From the IMG/VR virus record IMGVR_UViG_3300043313_001099, positions 1-64,000 of that record: DNA of 64,000 nt. One strand, written 5' to 3'. Position numbers and translations under genes: made by a program. The notes under the pieces are model-generated. The model was not told the DNA's origin. It ran no database searches and was given only the letters and a program-made list of their open reading frames with translations. Position 1 is the first letter of the stretch. Each line of letters starts with the position of its first letter. Shown one piece after another: positions 26,778 through 35,951 of this stretch. Origin of the DNA: a virus.

Positions 26778-29011
26778 CTCAGTACCTCCCCGTTCCGGTC
26801 GGCCAGGCTGGCGGTGCTGCGCGGGGCCAGTCGCGGCCCGGGGCGGGAGACGGCGGCAGGGTTGCCGCGCCCCGCCGGGAGAGGAGACCCTGCTGGTACC
26901 ACCCGTGCTCGAGCACTGAGCTGTCCGGCGGCGTGGACCTGTGACAGCGCGACGAGTACCGGCACCGACGCCACGGCCAGGGTGAGGCTGCTGGCGGCTG
27001 CGCCGGCCGCGCCCCGGATGACCGTGCCACCAGCCCCGGCGGTGACTCCGGCGGTGAGGGCGGCGTCGGCCGGCCGGACCGGCGTGGAGCCAGCGGTCAG
27101 CGCGGTGCCGGCGGCCAGGGTGCTGCCCGTGATGGCGACCCGACCGGCCGCGCCAGTGAGGGCGTGTCCAGCGGCGAGGTCCGCCGCGCTGACCACTATG
27201 CGGCGACCGGCCGCGTCCAGGAGACCGGACGCGGCGAGCCCCGAACCGGCTGGAGCCACCCGGCCGCCGGCCGCCGCGAGGGTGCCGGCGGCGAGGAGCC
27301 CGGCCGCGCCCCCCACCACTACCCCGGTGCTGGCGGCGGCAAGGAGCCCGGAAGTGGCCAGGGCGGAGCCGGAGGTGACGAGGCGGAGCCCGGTACCGGC
27401 CAGGGCTCCGCCGGCCAGGAGTTCGGCATCGGCATCGGCCACGCCGGCGCGGGGGATGCTGGCCGAGGCCAGGAGGTGCCCGGCCGTATCCAGTGTCGCC
27501 GTGGCGACAAACAGGTGTGTGCCGGAGCAGTCCAGGGTGGCGGCGGCGGCGAGGGCGGCGTCGGCCACCTTGACGGCCACGGCCGCACCGGACAGGGCGG
27601 CGGCGGCGGACAGGGCGGCGGTGCTGCCGGAGAGTACCCGCGTAGCCGCCCCGTTCAGTGTCCCCAGCGCGTCCAGGGCGGATGAAGCCTGCCCGACCGG
27701 GGTTCCGGTAGGGGTGAGGGTTGCGGCAGCGTCCAGGGCCACCGTGGGGGCGGCGACCCGGAGCGCTGTGGCGCTGCTGGTTCCGGAAGCGGCCAGGGCG
27801 GAGCCGGTCACGGCAACAGGGAGCGCGGCGGAGGAGAGGGAGCCGGCGGCCGTCAGGGCGGACCCGGCCGGGTGGACCGGCGTACCGGCGGCGGAGGCCG
27901 TGCCTCCGGCGGCCAGTGCGGCGGAGGCGGCACGTACCGCAGCGCTGGCGGCGGAGAGCGTACCGGCGGCGATCTGCGCCGACGCCGCAACCGCAACGCC
28001 GGTGCCGGTACCGGACAGGGCGGCAGCGGCCGTCAGGCTGGACACGGCCACCTTGACCGGCGTGCTGGCGGCGGAGAGGGCCTGTGCGGCGGCCAGCGCG
28101 GCGGCGGCTTTCGCCACCCCGGTACCGGCGGCGGCGAGGGAGGCGGCGGAGGACAGGGCGGACGCGGCCACGGCGACCGGCAGGCCGGCAGCGGCCGTGG
28201 TCCCGGCGGCGGTGAGCGCCGAGGTCGGGAACTGGACCAGGCTGCCTGTGGTCGTGAGGGTCTCGTCGGCGGTCAGGGCGGACGCCCCGATGGCGACCTC
28301 CGTACCGGGCCCGTCCACTCCTCCGGCGGCGACGAGGGCCACGCTTGCAGCGGCAACCGCGACCGGCCCCGGGTACCCGGTGTCGGTGACCACGAAGTCG
28401 TCCATCCACCAGGTCGGCACGGAGGCGAGGGCGGCGATCTGGCCGAACTGGATGCCGCCGATCTGCGTGGTGCCGAAGTTGCCGGAGGCCACCGTGACGG
28501 TCTCCGTGGGCGTGCTCGCGGAGTCCATCGTGGACCAGAGCTTCATCTCGGCGGTGCCGGTGGTTCCGATGGTGCAGAAACCCTCCAGCCGGTACCAGCT
28601 TGACACCGCAAACGCCGTGGTGCTGTTGCCGACCGGGTTGTTGTCGGCCTGCCGGATCTGGAGGATGCGGCCGGTGGTCCACGCCCATCGCATGATCTGG
28701 AGGCCGGCCGAGGTAACCAGCCGGCCCCCTGAGAACGCCGTGGAGAAGCTGGCGGGGGTACGCACGTAGACCCGGAAGTAGACCGTATTGAGGACGGAGA
28801 ACGTCCACGCCACGAACGCCTGCACGGCGCTGGCCCCGGTGGCCACCTTGATGGAGACGGTGCCGTGGGCGGACTGTGCGGAGTCGGACGCCAGGGTTGC
28901 GCCGGAGCCGGCCTGCACGTCGTTGAAGGCGTCGAAGCTGGCTCCGCCCGAGTTGCCGATGGATACGGGGGTGCCGGAGGAGATCCCCTCGACGGTGTTG
29001 GTCAGCCTCAT
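26774..29011 (-). CDS. Head/neck fibre-like protein: N-terminal beta-sandwich domain plus more than 20 Ala-rich 20-aa repeats
   Basis: SALTAAGTTAAAGLPVAVAA-type repeats; lies between the capsid and adaptor genes. Confidence 0.65.
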   Translation of the reverse strand: MRLTNTVEGISSGTPVSIGNSGGASFDAFNDVQAGSGATLASDSAQSAHGTVSIKVATGASAVQAFVAWTFSVLNTVYFRVYVRTPASFSTAFSGGRLVTSAGLQIMRWAWTTGRILQIRQADNNPVGNSTTAFAVSSWYRLEGFCTIGTTGTAEMKLWSTMDSASTPTETVTVASGNFGTTQIGGIQFGQIAALASVPTWWMDDFVVTDTGYPGPVAVAAASVALVAAGGVDGPGTEVAIGASALTADETLTTTGSLVQFPTSALTAAGTTAAAGLPVAVAASALSSAASLAAAGTGVAKAAAALAAAQALSAASTPVKVAVSSLTAAAALSGTGTGVAVAASAQIAAGTLSAASAAVRAASAALAAGGTASAAGTPVHPAGSALTAAGSLSSAALPVAVTGSALAASGTSSATALRVAAPTVALDAAATLTPTGTPVGQASSALDALGTLNGAATRVLSGSTAALSAAAALSGAAVAVKVADAALAAAATLDCSGTHLFVATATLDTAGHLLASASIPRAGVADADAELLAGGALAGTGLRLVTSGSALATSGLLAAASTGVVVGGAAGLLAAGTLAAAGGRVAPAGSGLAASGLLDAAGRRIVVSAADLAAGHALTGAAGRVAITGSTLAAGTALTAGSTPVRPADAALTAGVTAGAGGTVIRGAAGAAASSLTLAVASVPVLVALSQVHAAGQLSARARVVPAGSPLPAGRGNPAAVSRPGPRLAPRSTASLADRNGEVLR

Positions 29012-29039
29012 CCGGTCCCCCTCTCCTGCCCGGTGCGGA

Positions 29040-29420
29040 TCAGGTCATGGAGGCGGTGAGGGCTCCGATGGCGATTTCGAGGGAGTCGCCGGCCGCGACC
29101 GTCTTGGAGGCGGACAGCGCGCCGAAGGCGATGCGGCGCGGAGTGCCGGCCGAGTCGTACAGCTCGATGCCGACGACAGTGCAGGCGGGCAGGTTGTTCC
29201 ACCGCAGGAGGCCGGTGTTCGCGGTGGCGGCGGCCGAGGCGGAGGAGAACGTGACCGACTGGCGGGCGTACGAGCCGCCCGTGACCTCGGTACCGGCGGC
29301 GGTGGAGCTGCCGGCCACGGTCATCAGGGCCACCTTGACCGGCCCGGTGGGGGCGGTGTAGGCGGCGGTACCGAGTGTGGCGTCCAGGAGGCGGTTGGCC
29401 TCGGTCTGCACGGTGGACAT
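29040..29420 (-). CDS. Fibre-associated structural protein
   Basis: EANRLLD, GTEVTGGSYARQSV and SKTVAAGD motifs. Confidence 0.7.
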   Translation of the reverse strand: MSTVQTEANRLLDATLGTAAYTAPTGPVKVALMTVAGSSTAAGTEVTGGSYARQSVTFSSASAAATANTGLLRWNNLPACTVVGIELYDSAGTPRRIAFGALSASKTVAAGDSLEIAIGALTASMT

Positions 29421-29467
29421 GGGGTGCCTCCCGGGGAGTTGGCGGGTGTCGGGGGATGGTGGTGCGG

Positions 29468-29504
29468 CCGGGCGGGGCGCGCGGAGAAGTTGCGCCCCGC
29501 CCGG
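29468..29504 (-). terminator. Hairpin downstream of the capsid genes
   Basis: CCGGGCGGGGCGC/GCGCCCCGCCCGG 13-bp stem. Confidence 0.6.
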
Positions 29505-29510
29505 TCTCGG

Positions 29511-29765
29511 TTACTGGCCGGCCCGCTTGTCGGGGGTAGCGGCCCGCTTCGCCCGCTGAGGGGCCCTGCGGGGCTGGGTCGGCCGGGCCGGCTCCGTGAT
29601 GTCCACGGAGACAGGTCCGGTCGGCTCCGCCGTGTCCGGGGTTGTGGGGGCCGGGAGCCGCTCATGCAGCACATCCAGGAGGTCATCCAGTTGGTCAGCG
29701 AGGAGGCCGAGCATCTGGTCCGTGGAGGTGATGGCGTGGGGGCGGTCCCGGCGGGTCCGGCTCAC
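29511..29765 (-). CDS. Small protein coupled to the major capsid gene
   Basis: GTGA overlap with the capsid stop; 84 aa. Confidence 0.55.
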   Translation of the reverse strand: MSRTRRDRPHAITSTDQMLGLLADQLDDLLDVLHERLPAPTTPDTAEPTGPVSVDITEPARPTQPRRAPQRAKRAATPDKRAGQ

Positions 29766-30976
29766 TGACCCGGCGACGCCACGGCGGACTTGGAGTCCAT
29801 CAGCGTGCCGCCCAGGACGTGCCGGAGCTTCCACTCCGAGCTGTCGGTGTCGAAGTCCCCGTCCTCGGGGGTGATCAGCCCGCCGCCGACGCGGACCGCG
29901 TTCGGGCTCTTCTGGAAGAGCTCCGGGGTCTCGTGGCCGATCAGGAAACCGACCTCCAGGGCCGGGCGGCCCGTGGACGGGTTGGCGAACAGGTACCAGG
30001 CGGTGTTGCCCACGGTGCCGGTCGTGGTGATGATCGGCAGCCACGGGTTCACGACCACGCGGACCTTGTTGCGCATCCAGTTCTGGGCGCGCACCTGGTC
30101 CCCGCCGGTACCGACACCGCCGCCGGCCGCCGCGAGGATCTCGGTGGCGTTGACGATGTTCAGGGCCACGACTTCCAGGGCCGGCGGAACCATCAGGGTC
30201 ACGCCGTCCACGTAGATCGGCGCGCCCTCCGTGTCCACCTGCGAGCCGAGCAGGGTGTACGCGGCCTGGAGGCTGGAGACGGACAGGGCCGAGCCGGCCC
30301 CGGCGGTCACCAGGTTCTTGTTCCCGGAGGAGAAGAACGTGGCGTTCGGGCCGGTGCTGGCCGCGAAAAGGGCGGTGGCGAAACGCTCCTCGGTGCGCCG
30401 CGCCGCGTTGCCCAGCCGCGACGGGATGTCCCGGAAAGCATCCAGGTCGTCGTTGATCAGGGCTTCCCAGGACAGCGCGACGCGCCGGCCGTACTTCTTC
30501 ACCGCGTAGCTGTACTCGCCATCGGTGAGGGCGGCGGCCGGGTACTCGGCCTGCTGCTTCACCTCGGAGAGGACCGCCTCGCCGCCGTCCAGGGTGAACC
30601 GCTTGACGGTGCGGAAGTCCCGGACCCGGCCACGGCGGGCCACGGCGTCCCACTGGACGGGGGCCTGCTGGTACTTGGCCAGGATCTGCCGGTCCAGGAT
30701 GTCCCCGAACAGGTGGCTGAAGTCCGAGGTGGTCATGGCCTCCGCGAAGCGGAGCGCCGCGTAGGCGTCCCCCTCGATGACCCGGGCGTACAGCTCGGCG
30801 GCCTCGGTCAGCGCGGTCAGGTACCGGGGGTCGTTGCGCTCCCGGCGGCGGCGGGAGCCGGCCGACAGGTTGACGCCCTCCCCGGCGTAGATGTTGCTGG
30901 TGGAGGCGTTGCCGGACGGGCCGGCCACGTACGAGGCGACCTCTCCGAACGCGCGCTCAAGGGTTGCAGTGCTCAC
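29762..30976 (-). CDS. Major capsid protein (HK97 fold, Mu gpT-like)
   Basis: TTSDF, VRDFR, KYGR....SWEALINDDL.AF, LMVPPALE motifs. Confidence 0.92.
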   Translation of the reverse strand: MSTATLERAFGEVASYVAGPSGNASTSNIYAGEGVNLSAGSRRRRERNDPRYLTALTEAAELYARVIEGDAYAALRFAEAMTTSDFSHLFGDILDRQILAKYQQAPVQWDAVARRGRVRDFRTVKRFTLDGGEAVLSEVKQQAEYPAAALTDGEYSYAVKKYGRRVALSWEALINDDLDAFRDIPSRLGNAARRTEERFATALFAASTGPNATFFSSGNKNLVTAGAGSALSVSSLQAAYTLLGSQVDTEGAPIYVDGVTLMVPPALEVVALNIVNATEILAAAGGGVGTGGDQVRAQNWMRNKVRVVVNPWLPIITTTGTVGNTAWYLFANPSTGRPALEVGFLIGHETPELFQKSPNAVRVGGGLITPEDGDFDTDSSEWKLRHVLGGTLMDSKSAVASPGQ

Positions 30977-30987
30977 GGGGTGGCCTC

Positions 30988-31344
30988 CTAGTAGCCGAGG
31001 GTGACGGGGATGGTGGCGGTCTGGCCGCTGGCGATTGCGCCCCCGGCGTAGCCGAAGCGCACCCCGGCGACCTTCTTGGAGAGGACGGGGGTGTCCCCGG
31101 CGACGTAGTACAGGAGGTCACCCTCCGCGACGGCCGCGTTGCCGCCCGCGTCCACGCCCTTGACGGACAGCAGGTACTGCCCCTTGAACGTGCAGGTGGT
31201 CAGGCCGCTCACGGTGTCCTTGTCGACCAGGGCCACGCCGGGACGCTGCCCGTACAGGACCGGCGACCCGGAGACCGGCGAGGCCGGCTGGGTCACGGCC
31301 ACGGCCAGGTTGTCGGCGTTCTCGAATACCTCGTTCTTCGCCAT
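30988..31344 (-). CDS. Capsid cement/decoration protein (DUF2190-like)
   Basis: MAKN..., SGSPV, GVAL motifs; immediately upstream of the major capsid gene. Confidence 0.8.
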   Translation of the reverse strand: MAKNEVFENADNLAVAVTQPASPVSGSPVLYGQRPGVALVDKDTVSGLTTCTFKGQYLLSVKGVDAGGNAAVAEGDLLYYVAGDTPVLSKKVAGVRFGYAGGAIASGQTATIPVTLGY

Positions 31345-31350
31345 TGGTGG

Positions 31351-33135
31351 TTACCGTCCCTTCGCAGCGGTGGTGGCGAGCGCCTCGTCCATGCCGATGC
31401 GCCCGAAGATGCCGGCCAGCCGCGTTTGCGACTCCTCGGCGGTGGGCTCGCCCGGCCGGCTGCCGCCCAGCCCGGCGACGCGGCCGTGGCCGGCGGCCTC
31501 CAGGAGCGACGCCGCGAACGTGGACTCCGCCTCGATGGCGGAGGTGATCGCGGCCGTCAGGGCGGCCGGGTCCACGTCGCCGGACTCGGTGAGCGGGACG
31601 CGGCCGGTGATGCGCTCCAGGACGCGCGGCATGATCAGGGGGCGCATGGCCTCCGGCACGTTGCCGGCCTCCGCCATGGCCTGCGCGACCGCCGTCTGCC
31701 CGGCCTGGTTGGCGCGCAGGGTGCGGGCCTCCTGGATCGCGGCGTCGCGGGCGGCGATGGCGGCGGCCTCGGCGGCGCGCGCCTCCACGATCTGCGTCGA
31801 CCGGGCCTCGGCCGCCACCCGGGCGCTGCGCTCGGTGTCGAGCTGCGCCTGGAGGGCGGCCTCGTTCGCGGTCAGGGTGACGGACTCGCTTGCCGTCCCC
31901 GCCGCCGGCTGGGTGCCGGTGTTCTGGTCTCCCACGGGAGCCTCCTCGGATCGGGTTGGTGCGACGGCGGCGTTCTCGACTGCCGTCACGGGGGTTGGTG
32001 GTGCGGGGGCCGGGGCTGCGAGGGCCTCGGAGCTGGTGGAGACCGGGACGAACGTGGTGCGTTCGAGCACCGCGATGGGGTCGCCGGTCAGGGTCACGTC
32101 GGGTACGTCTCCGCCGGACGCGGTGAATCCCTGCTGGAAGGTGCCGTCACCCTTGCCGCTCTGGGAGCTGCGGTCGTACCAGACCAGCCCCTTGTCGGGG
32201 TCGTAGTCGCGGACGTACAGGTACGTCTCCTTGCCGCCGTAGGTGGCGGTGAGGGCGCGGCAGAGGGCGCGGCGGGTGTCGTCGGCGGCGGCCTCCTCGG
32301 CGGTCGCCGTGGTGCTGTCGACGGGCGGCTCTTCCCAGCGTCCCCGGGTGAACAGTTGGGGGGCCTCGGCGTCCACCTTCGCCGTCCATGCCTGGAGGGC
32401 GTCCCCGATGGCGGAGGACAGGGTGATCCGTTCGGCGCGGCTGAGGCGGCCGTCGCCGTACATGCCGTCCGCGAGCTGAGTGAGGGCCAGGTGGAGCTGT
32501 GACTCCAGCCAGGTGCCGATGGTGCCGGCCTCCTGCGCGGTGGTCCGCGCCGACTCCAGGAGGGACACGATCGCGCCGCCCGCCCCGGCGCGGGTCACAA
32601 AGTCGACGCTGTAGCCCACGTCGATGCTCTCGAAGATGAGTCCCTGCCGGCCCTGCGCCTCCCCGAAGGACGCCGTGCCGGCGGCTCGGATGGAGAGGCC
32701 GATCTGTTCGGCCAGGGAGGCGACGAGGCCGGCAGCATGCGGGAAGACGACGATCTCGGCATACAGGCCGTCACCCTCGTAGGCGGGGGTGGTGGCCACG
32801 TAGGCGGCGAGGTCCTTCACCGACCGGGCCGGCCGCTCCACCTGCTCCGTCTCCGTGGGATGGTCCAGGAACATCTGGGTACCGACCGGCCACGCCTTGG
32901 GTCCATCCCGCTTCAGCACAGAGGCCGGGTAGTAGCCGGAGCTGCCCCACCGGTCGCCCTCGATGAGGCGGGCCCGGTACCGGCGGGGCGCGGTACCGGC
33001 GGCCGGCGCGGCGAGCTGTGCGCTCGTGGCCTCCGCCAGGGTGACGCGCTGCGCGGTGGCGGTCGCGGACTCGGCGGCGTACACCTGACCGCGTACCAGG
33101 GGGTGCGTGGGGCGGAGCTTGACCCGGTTGGACAT
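31351..33135 (-). CDS. Prohead protease-scaffold fusion (start ATG 33135)
   Basis: MFLDHP, IGLSIRA, SVDFVTRAGAGG; C-terminal coiled coil; GAGGAGG RBS. Confidence 0.85.
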   Translation of the reverse strand: MSNRVKLRPTHPLVRGQVYAAESATATAQRVTLAEATSAQLAAPAAGTAPRRYRARLIEGDRWGSSGYYPASVLKRDGPKAWPVGTQMFLDHPTETEQVERPARSVKDLAAYVATTPAYEGDGLYAEIVVFPHAAGLVASLAEQIGLSIRAAGTASFGEAQGRQGLIFESIDVGYSVDFVTRAGAGGAIVSLLESARTTAQEAGTIGTWLESQLHLALTQLADGMYGDGRLSRAERITLSSAIGDALQAWTAKVDAEAPQLFTRGRWEEPPVDSTTATAEEAAADDTRRALCRALTATYGGKETYLYVRDYDPDKGLVWYDRSSQSGKGDGTFQQGFTASGGDVPDVTLTGDPIAVLERTTFVPVSTSSEALAAPAPAPPTPVTAVENAAVAPTRSEEAPVGDQNTGTQPAAGTASESVTLTANEAALQAQLDTERSARVAAEARSTQIVEARAAEAAAIAARDAAIQEARTLRANQAGQTAVAQAMAEAGNVPEAMRPLIMPRVLERITGRVPLTESGDVDPAALTAAITSAIEAESTFAASLLEAAGHGRVAGLGGSRPGEPTAEESQTRLAGIFGRIGMDEALATTAAKGR

Positions 33136-33222
33136 GGGGCCTCCTCGGGCCTGGTGCCCCGGGGCGGGCACGACAAATGGCCGGGCTCCCCGGGGCGGGG
33201 GTCCGGTACTGGACGGGGATGG

Positions 33223-34299
33223 TCAGGCGGTGGCGCGCGCCCGGAGGTCACGGAGCGGGCGGACCTGGTAGGAGGGTCGCCAGTCGGCGGCCTCCCGGCG
33301 GACGGGGATGTCGTCCCAGCCGATCGCGCCGGAGCGGAGAAGCCCCAGGCGGGCCGGGCCCATGATCGCGGTCTGCTGGTCGAGGGGGAGCCGGTCGAAC
33401 CAGGCGCGGGCGTCGGGGATGGCGGGGGCGGTCTCCGGTACCCCGTGAATGCCGAGGTCGGCCCAGCTTTTTGTCTTGGGCATCCGGGAGCAGCGGCAGT
33501 TGGGGTGGCCGAGGGGGCCGGGGTCGGTCACGGGGTACTCGGTGCCGTTCTTCGCCAGGCAGGCCGGGCAGGTGCGCGGCCCCAGGTTGCACAGCCACAC
33601 CCAGCCGTCCAGGACATCGGCGTTGGCGGTCTGGCTGTACCGAGAGGCCGTGCGGTAGGCGTCGAGGGTCTCCGTCCGGGCAATCACCAAGGCGCGACTC
33701 AGCCCACCCTGGAGGGCTCCCTCGGTACGCGCCACGATCTCCCGGGCGGTAGCCCGTGGGCCCGAGCCTGTCGCCACGCCGGCCACAAGGGACCGCTTCA
33801 CCTGGTCGAGTACCGGGCCCGGAACCGCGCGGGCCTGCGACACGATCAGCGACTGCGACCGGGCAACCATGGAGTCCAGGGCGGACGGCAGGATCCGGGC
33901 GGCGAACCGGGCGGCGGCCTCCCCCTCCTGTGCGGCGGGAAGCTGCGAGGCGATGAGCCGTGGCTCGTGGTCGGCGGTTGCCCGGATCGCGGTACCGGCC
34001 GCGTCGGACACAGCAACGCCGGCCCGGCGGGAGAGCTGCGCGAGGGCCTGCTCGGCGGCCGTCAGGGCGGCCGCGAGGCGGTCCATGCGGGCCATCTCCC
34101 AGGGATGTGGCCAGCGGCCGAGGCGCGCTTGTGCTTCCACAAGGTCCTCGGCCGCTGCCTGCACTCGGCCCTCCAGCTCGGACCAGGCCAGCGCCCACGC
34201 GGAGGTGAGGCTACGAGTCGCCTCGTCTGCTGCGCCGCCCACGGTCACCCGTAGCTGCCGCAGGAGCCGCAGAGACTTCCGGTTCACCGCCACCGTCAC
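33223..34299 (-). CDS. Minor head protein (Mu gpF-like)
   Basis: IARTE, RTCPAC, HPNCRC motifs. Confidence 0.9.
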   Translation of the reverse strand: MTVAVNRKSLRLLRQLRVTVGGAADEATRSLTSAWALAWSELEGRVQAAAEDLVEAQARLGRWPHPWEMARMDRLAAALTAAEQALAQLSRRAGVAVSDAAGTAIRATADHEPRLIASQLPAAQEGEAAARFAARILPSALDSMVARSQSLIVSQARAVPGPVLDQVKRSLVAGVATGSGPRATAREIVARTEGALQGGLSRALVIARTETLDAYRTASRYSQTANADVLDGWVWLCNLGPRTCPACLAKNGTEYPVTDPGPLGHPNCRCSRMPKTKSWADLGIHGVPETAPAIPDARAWFDRLPLDQQTAIMGPARLGLLRSGAIGWDDIPVRREAADWRPSYQVRPLRDLRARATA

Positions 34300-35938
34300 C
34301 CTCCCCGTCGTCGGCTGAGGGGTCTTCGTCGTCCGGTGCCATGGCCCCGCCGGGGAGCGCGTCGGCCGGGTCAGCTCCGGCGCGGTGGGCGTTCAGGGCG
34401 TTCCGGCCGGCCGCGCCGATGTCCGGCGGGGCCGGGTACTGGAAGTTGCCATCCTCGTCTACGAGGCCGTCCAGGATGGCGTCCACGTCGCGGACACCGA
34501 GGGCCGTGAGAAGTAGTCGGGCCACTTCCTCCGGCGGCAGGACGCCCGTTGAGGCGGCCTCCACGATGGCCTTGACCAGGGTCTCCGGGTCGATGTCGTC
34601 CAGGGCGGGCCACACGAGGTCAATCGTGGTGTCGGTGTCGCCGGTCAGGGTGAGGGTTTCCTTGCCGGAGGCCGGATCACGCTTGATGACGCCCTTGAGG
34701 GCCCCCTGTGGTGCGCGGACCGACTCCACGATGACGTACCGGAGGAGCCGCTGGTAGGCGGCGGCCCACAGCTCCCGACGTTCCGACATCTCCAGCTCGG
34801 TCGGGCGGTCCAGGGTCTCGGCGGTGGCGCGGGCACCGCTCACCCCGGGGTCTCCGAGGAGCATCGTGACGGGGATGCCGAGGGCGGTCGCCACCATGGC
34901 GGCCAGGGGCCGGCCGGAGTCGGCGTCGATGGTCGCCCCCGACTTTGACACTGCCTCCAGGGTCACGTCTGGTCCGAGGAGGGCGGTCGCGCCGGCCCCG
35001 CCCGGCTCCCCGTTCGCGTCGAGCTGGCCGAGCTTCGACCGGGCCTGTGCTGCCTTGGAGCCGGACGCCGTGGCCTTCCAGGCGTACCGGGCGAGGGACC
35101 GCATGAGCCGGGCCCAGTCCTCCAGGAACTCGCGGTAGGCGCGCGCCCAGTCGACGGCGGCGTACGCATCGGGGATGCCCCGCTTCCAGCCGTCCGGCTC
35201 GTTCACCTTCAGGTGGAGGACGGGGGCGTCCCAGGCCACGGGGAAGCCTGCGATGCTGCGGGGCCGGGCGGCCGGCCGGTACCCGAGGGCGGGGTAGAAC
35301 CGCTCCAGGACCTCGTTCGTCGGTTCGCCGGTCGGACCGTAGGTGACGCGGGTCCAGCGGCGGCGGAAGAACCAGGTCTCCGCCGCGTCCTCCGGGTTGC
35401 GGATCACGTCCACGATGTCGTCGGCCGGCAGGGTGCGGACCTGCACGTCCCCGGTCAGGGGCCGGGTGAAGCAGGCGAGGAACACCTCGCCGTCCGTGCC
35501 GAGGGTCCGCTCCAGGCGGGTCCGGGCGGCCGGGCCGGTGACGGCGGCGGCGTTCAGGTCGTCGTCCAGAAACGCCGTGATGACGCCCTGCACGTCCTGC
35601 TCGCCGTTGCCCTTGGAGCCGTTGGCGCGGGCACTGATCTCCGCACCCTGGCCCCACACGTACGCGGACCGCAGAGCCAGCCCCCGCTTGAGCAGGGGAT
35701 TCTTGATCGAGTACAGGCGGCAGATGGCGCGGAGCTGCTTCAGCCCCTCCGGCGTGAACTCCTGCTCCGCCAGTGCGACGAACCGGGTCCAGCCGGCTTC
35801 CATGAGCTGTCGCTCCAGGCCAGCCACGGACTCCGCCAGGAGCAGGTTCGACTCTGCGGCCTGGCCGAGCTGCTCCCGGAGCTCCACGGTGCCGGCGGCG
35901 GACTCGGCCAGACGGGTGAGGAGGGCGGGCAGGCGCAC
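34211..35938 (-). CDS. Portal protein
   Basis: Follows TerL; NPLLKR, DGEVF, ATAETLDRP motifs. Confidence 0.85.
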   Translation of the reverse strand: MRLPALLTRLAESAAGTVELREQLGQAAESNLLLAESVAGLERQLMEAGWTRFVALAEQEFTPEGLKQLRAICRLYSIKNPLLKRGLALRSAYVWGQGAEISARANGSKGNGEQDVQGVITAFLDDDLNAAAVTGPAARTRLERTLGTDGEVFLACFTRPLTGDVQVRTLPADDIVDVIRNPEDAAETWFFRRRWTRVTYGPTGEPTNEVLERFYPALGYRPAARPRSIAGFPVAWDAPVLHLKVNEPDGWKRGIPDAYAAVDWARAYREFLEDWARLMRSLARYAWKATASGSKAAQARSKLGQLDANGEPGGAGATALLGPDVTLEAVSKSGATIDADSGRPLAAMVATALGIPVTMLLGDPGVSGARATAETLDRPTELEMSERRELWAAAYQRLLRYVIVESVRAPQGALKGVIKRDPASGKETLTLTGDTDTTIDLVWPALDDIDPETLVKAIVEAASTGVLPPEEVARLLLTALGVRDVDAILDGLVDEDGNFQYPAPPDIGAAGRNALNAHRAGADPADALPGGAMAPDDEDPSADDGEGDGGGEPEVSAAPAAATGDRGRRSRRGDS

Positions 35939-35951
35939 GGGGTACCTCCTC

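Noticed and set aside
25779-28769. 996-aa + strand ORF, and other long antisense ORFs such as 5314..7512, 20160..21875 and 35343..37544
   Set aside because: Shadow ORFs opposite genuine genes; stop-codon scarcity in high-GC DNA, no RBS or recognisable motifs
34211-34299. 89-bp portal/minor-head overlap (and about 100-bp terS/terL overlap) as frameshift or pseudogene evidence
   Set aside because: Both partners are full-length with intact motifs; low-complexity tails overlapping the next start are common in phage operons
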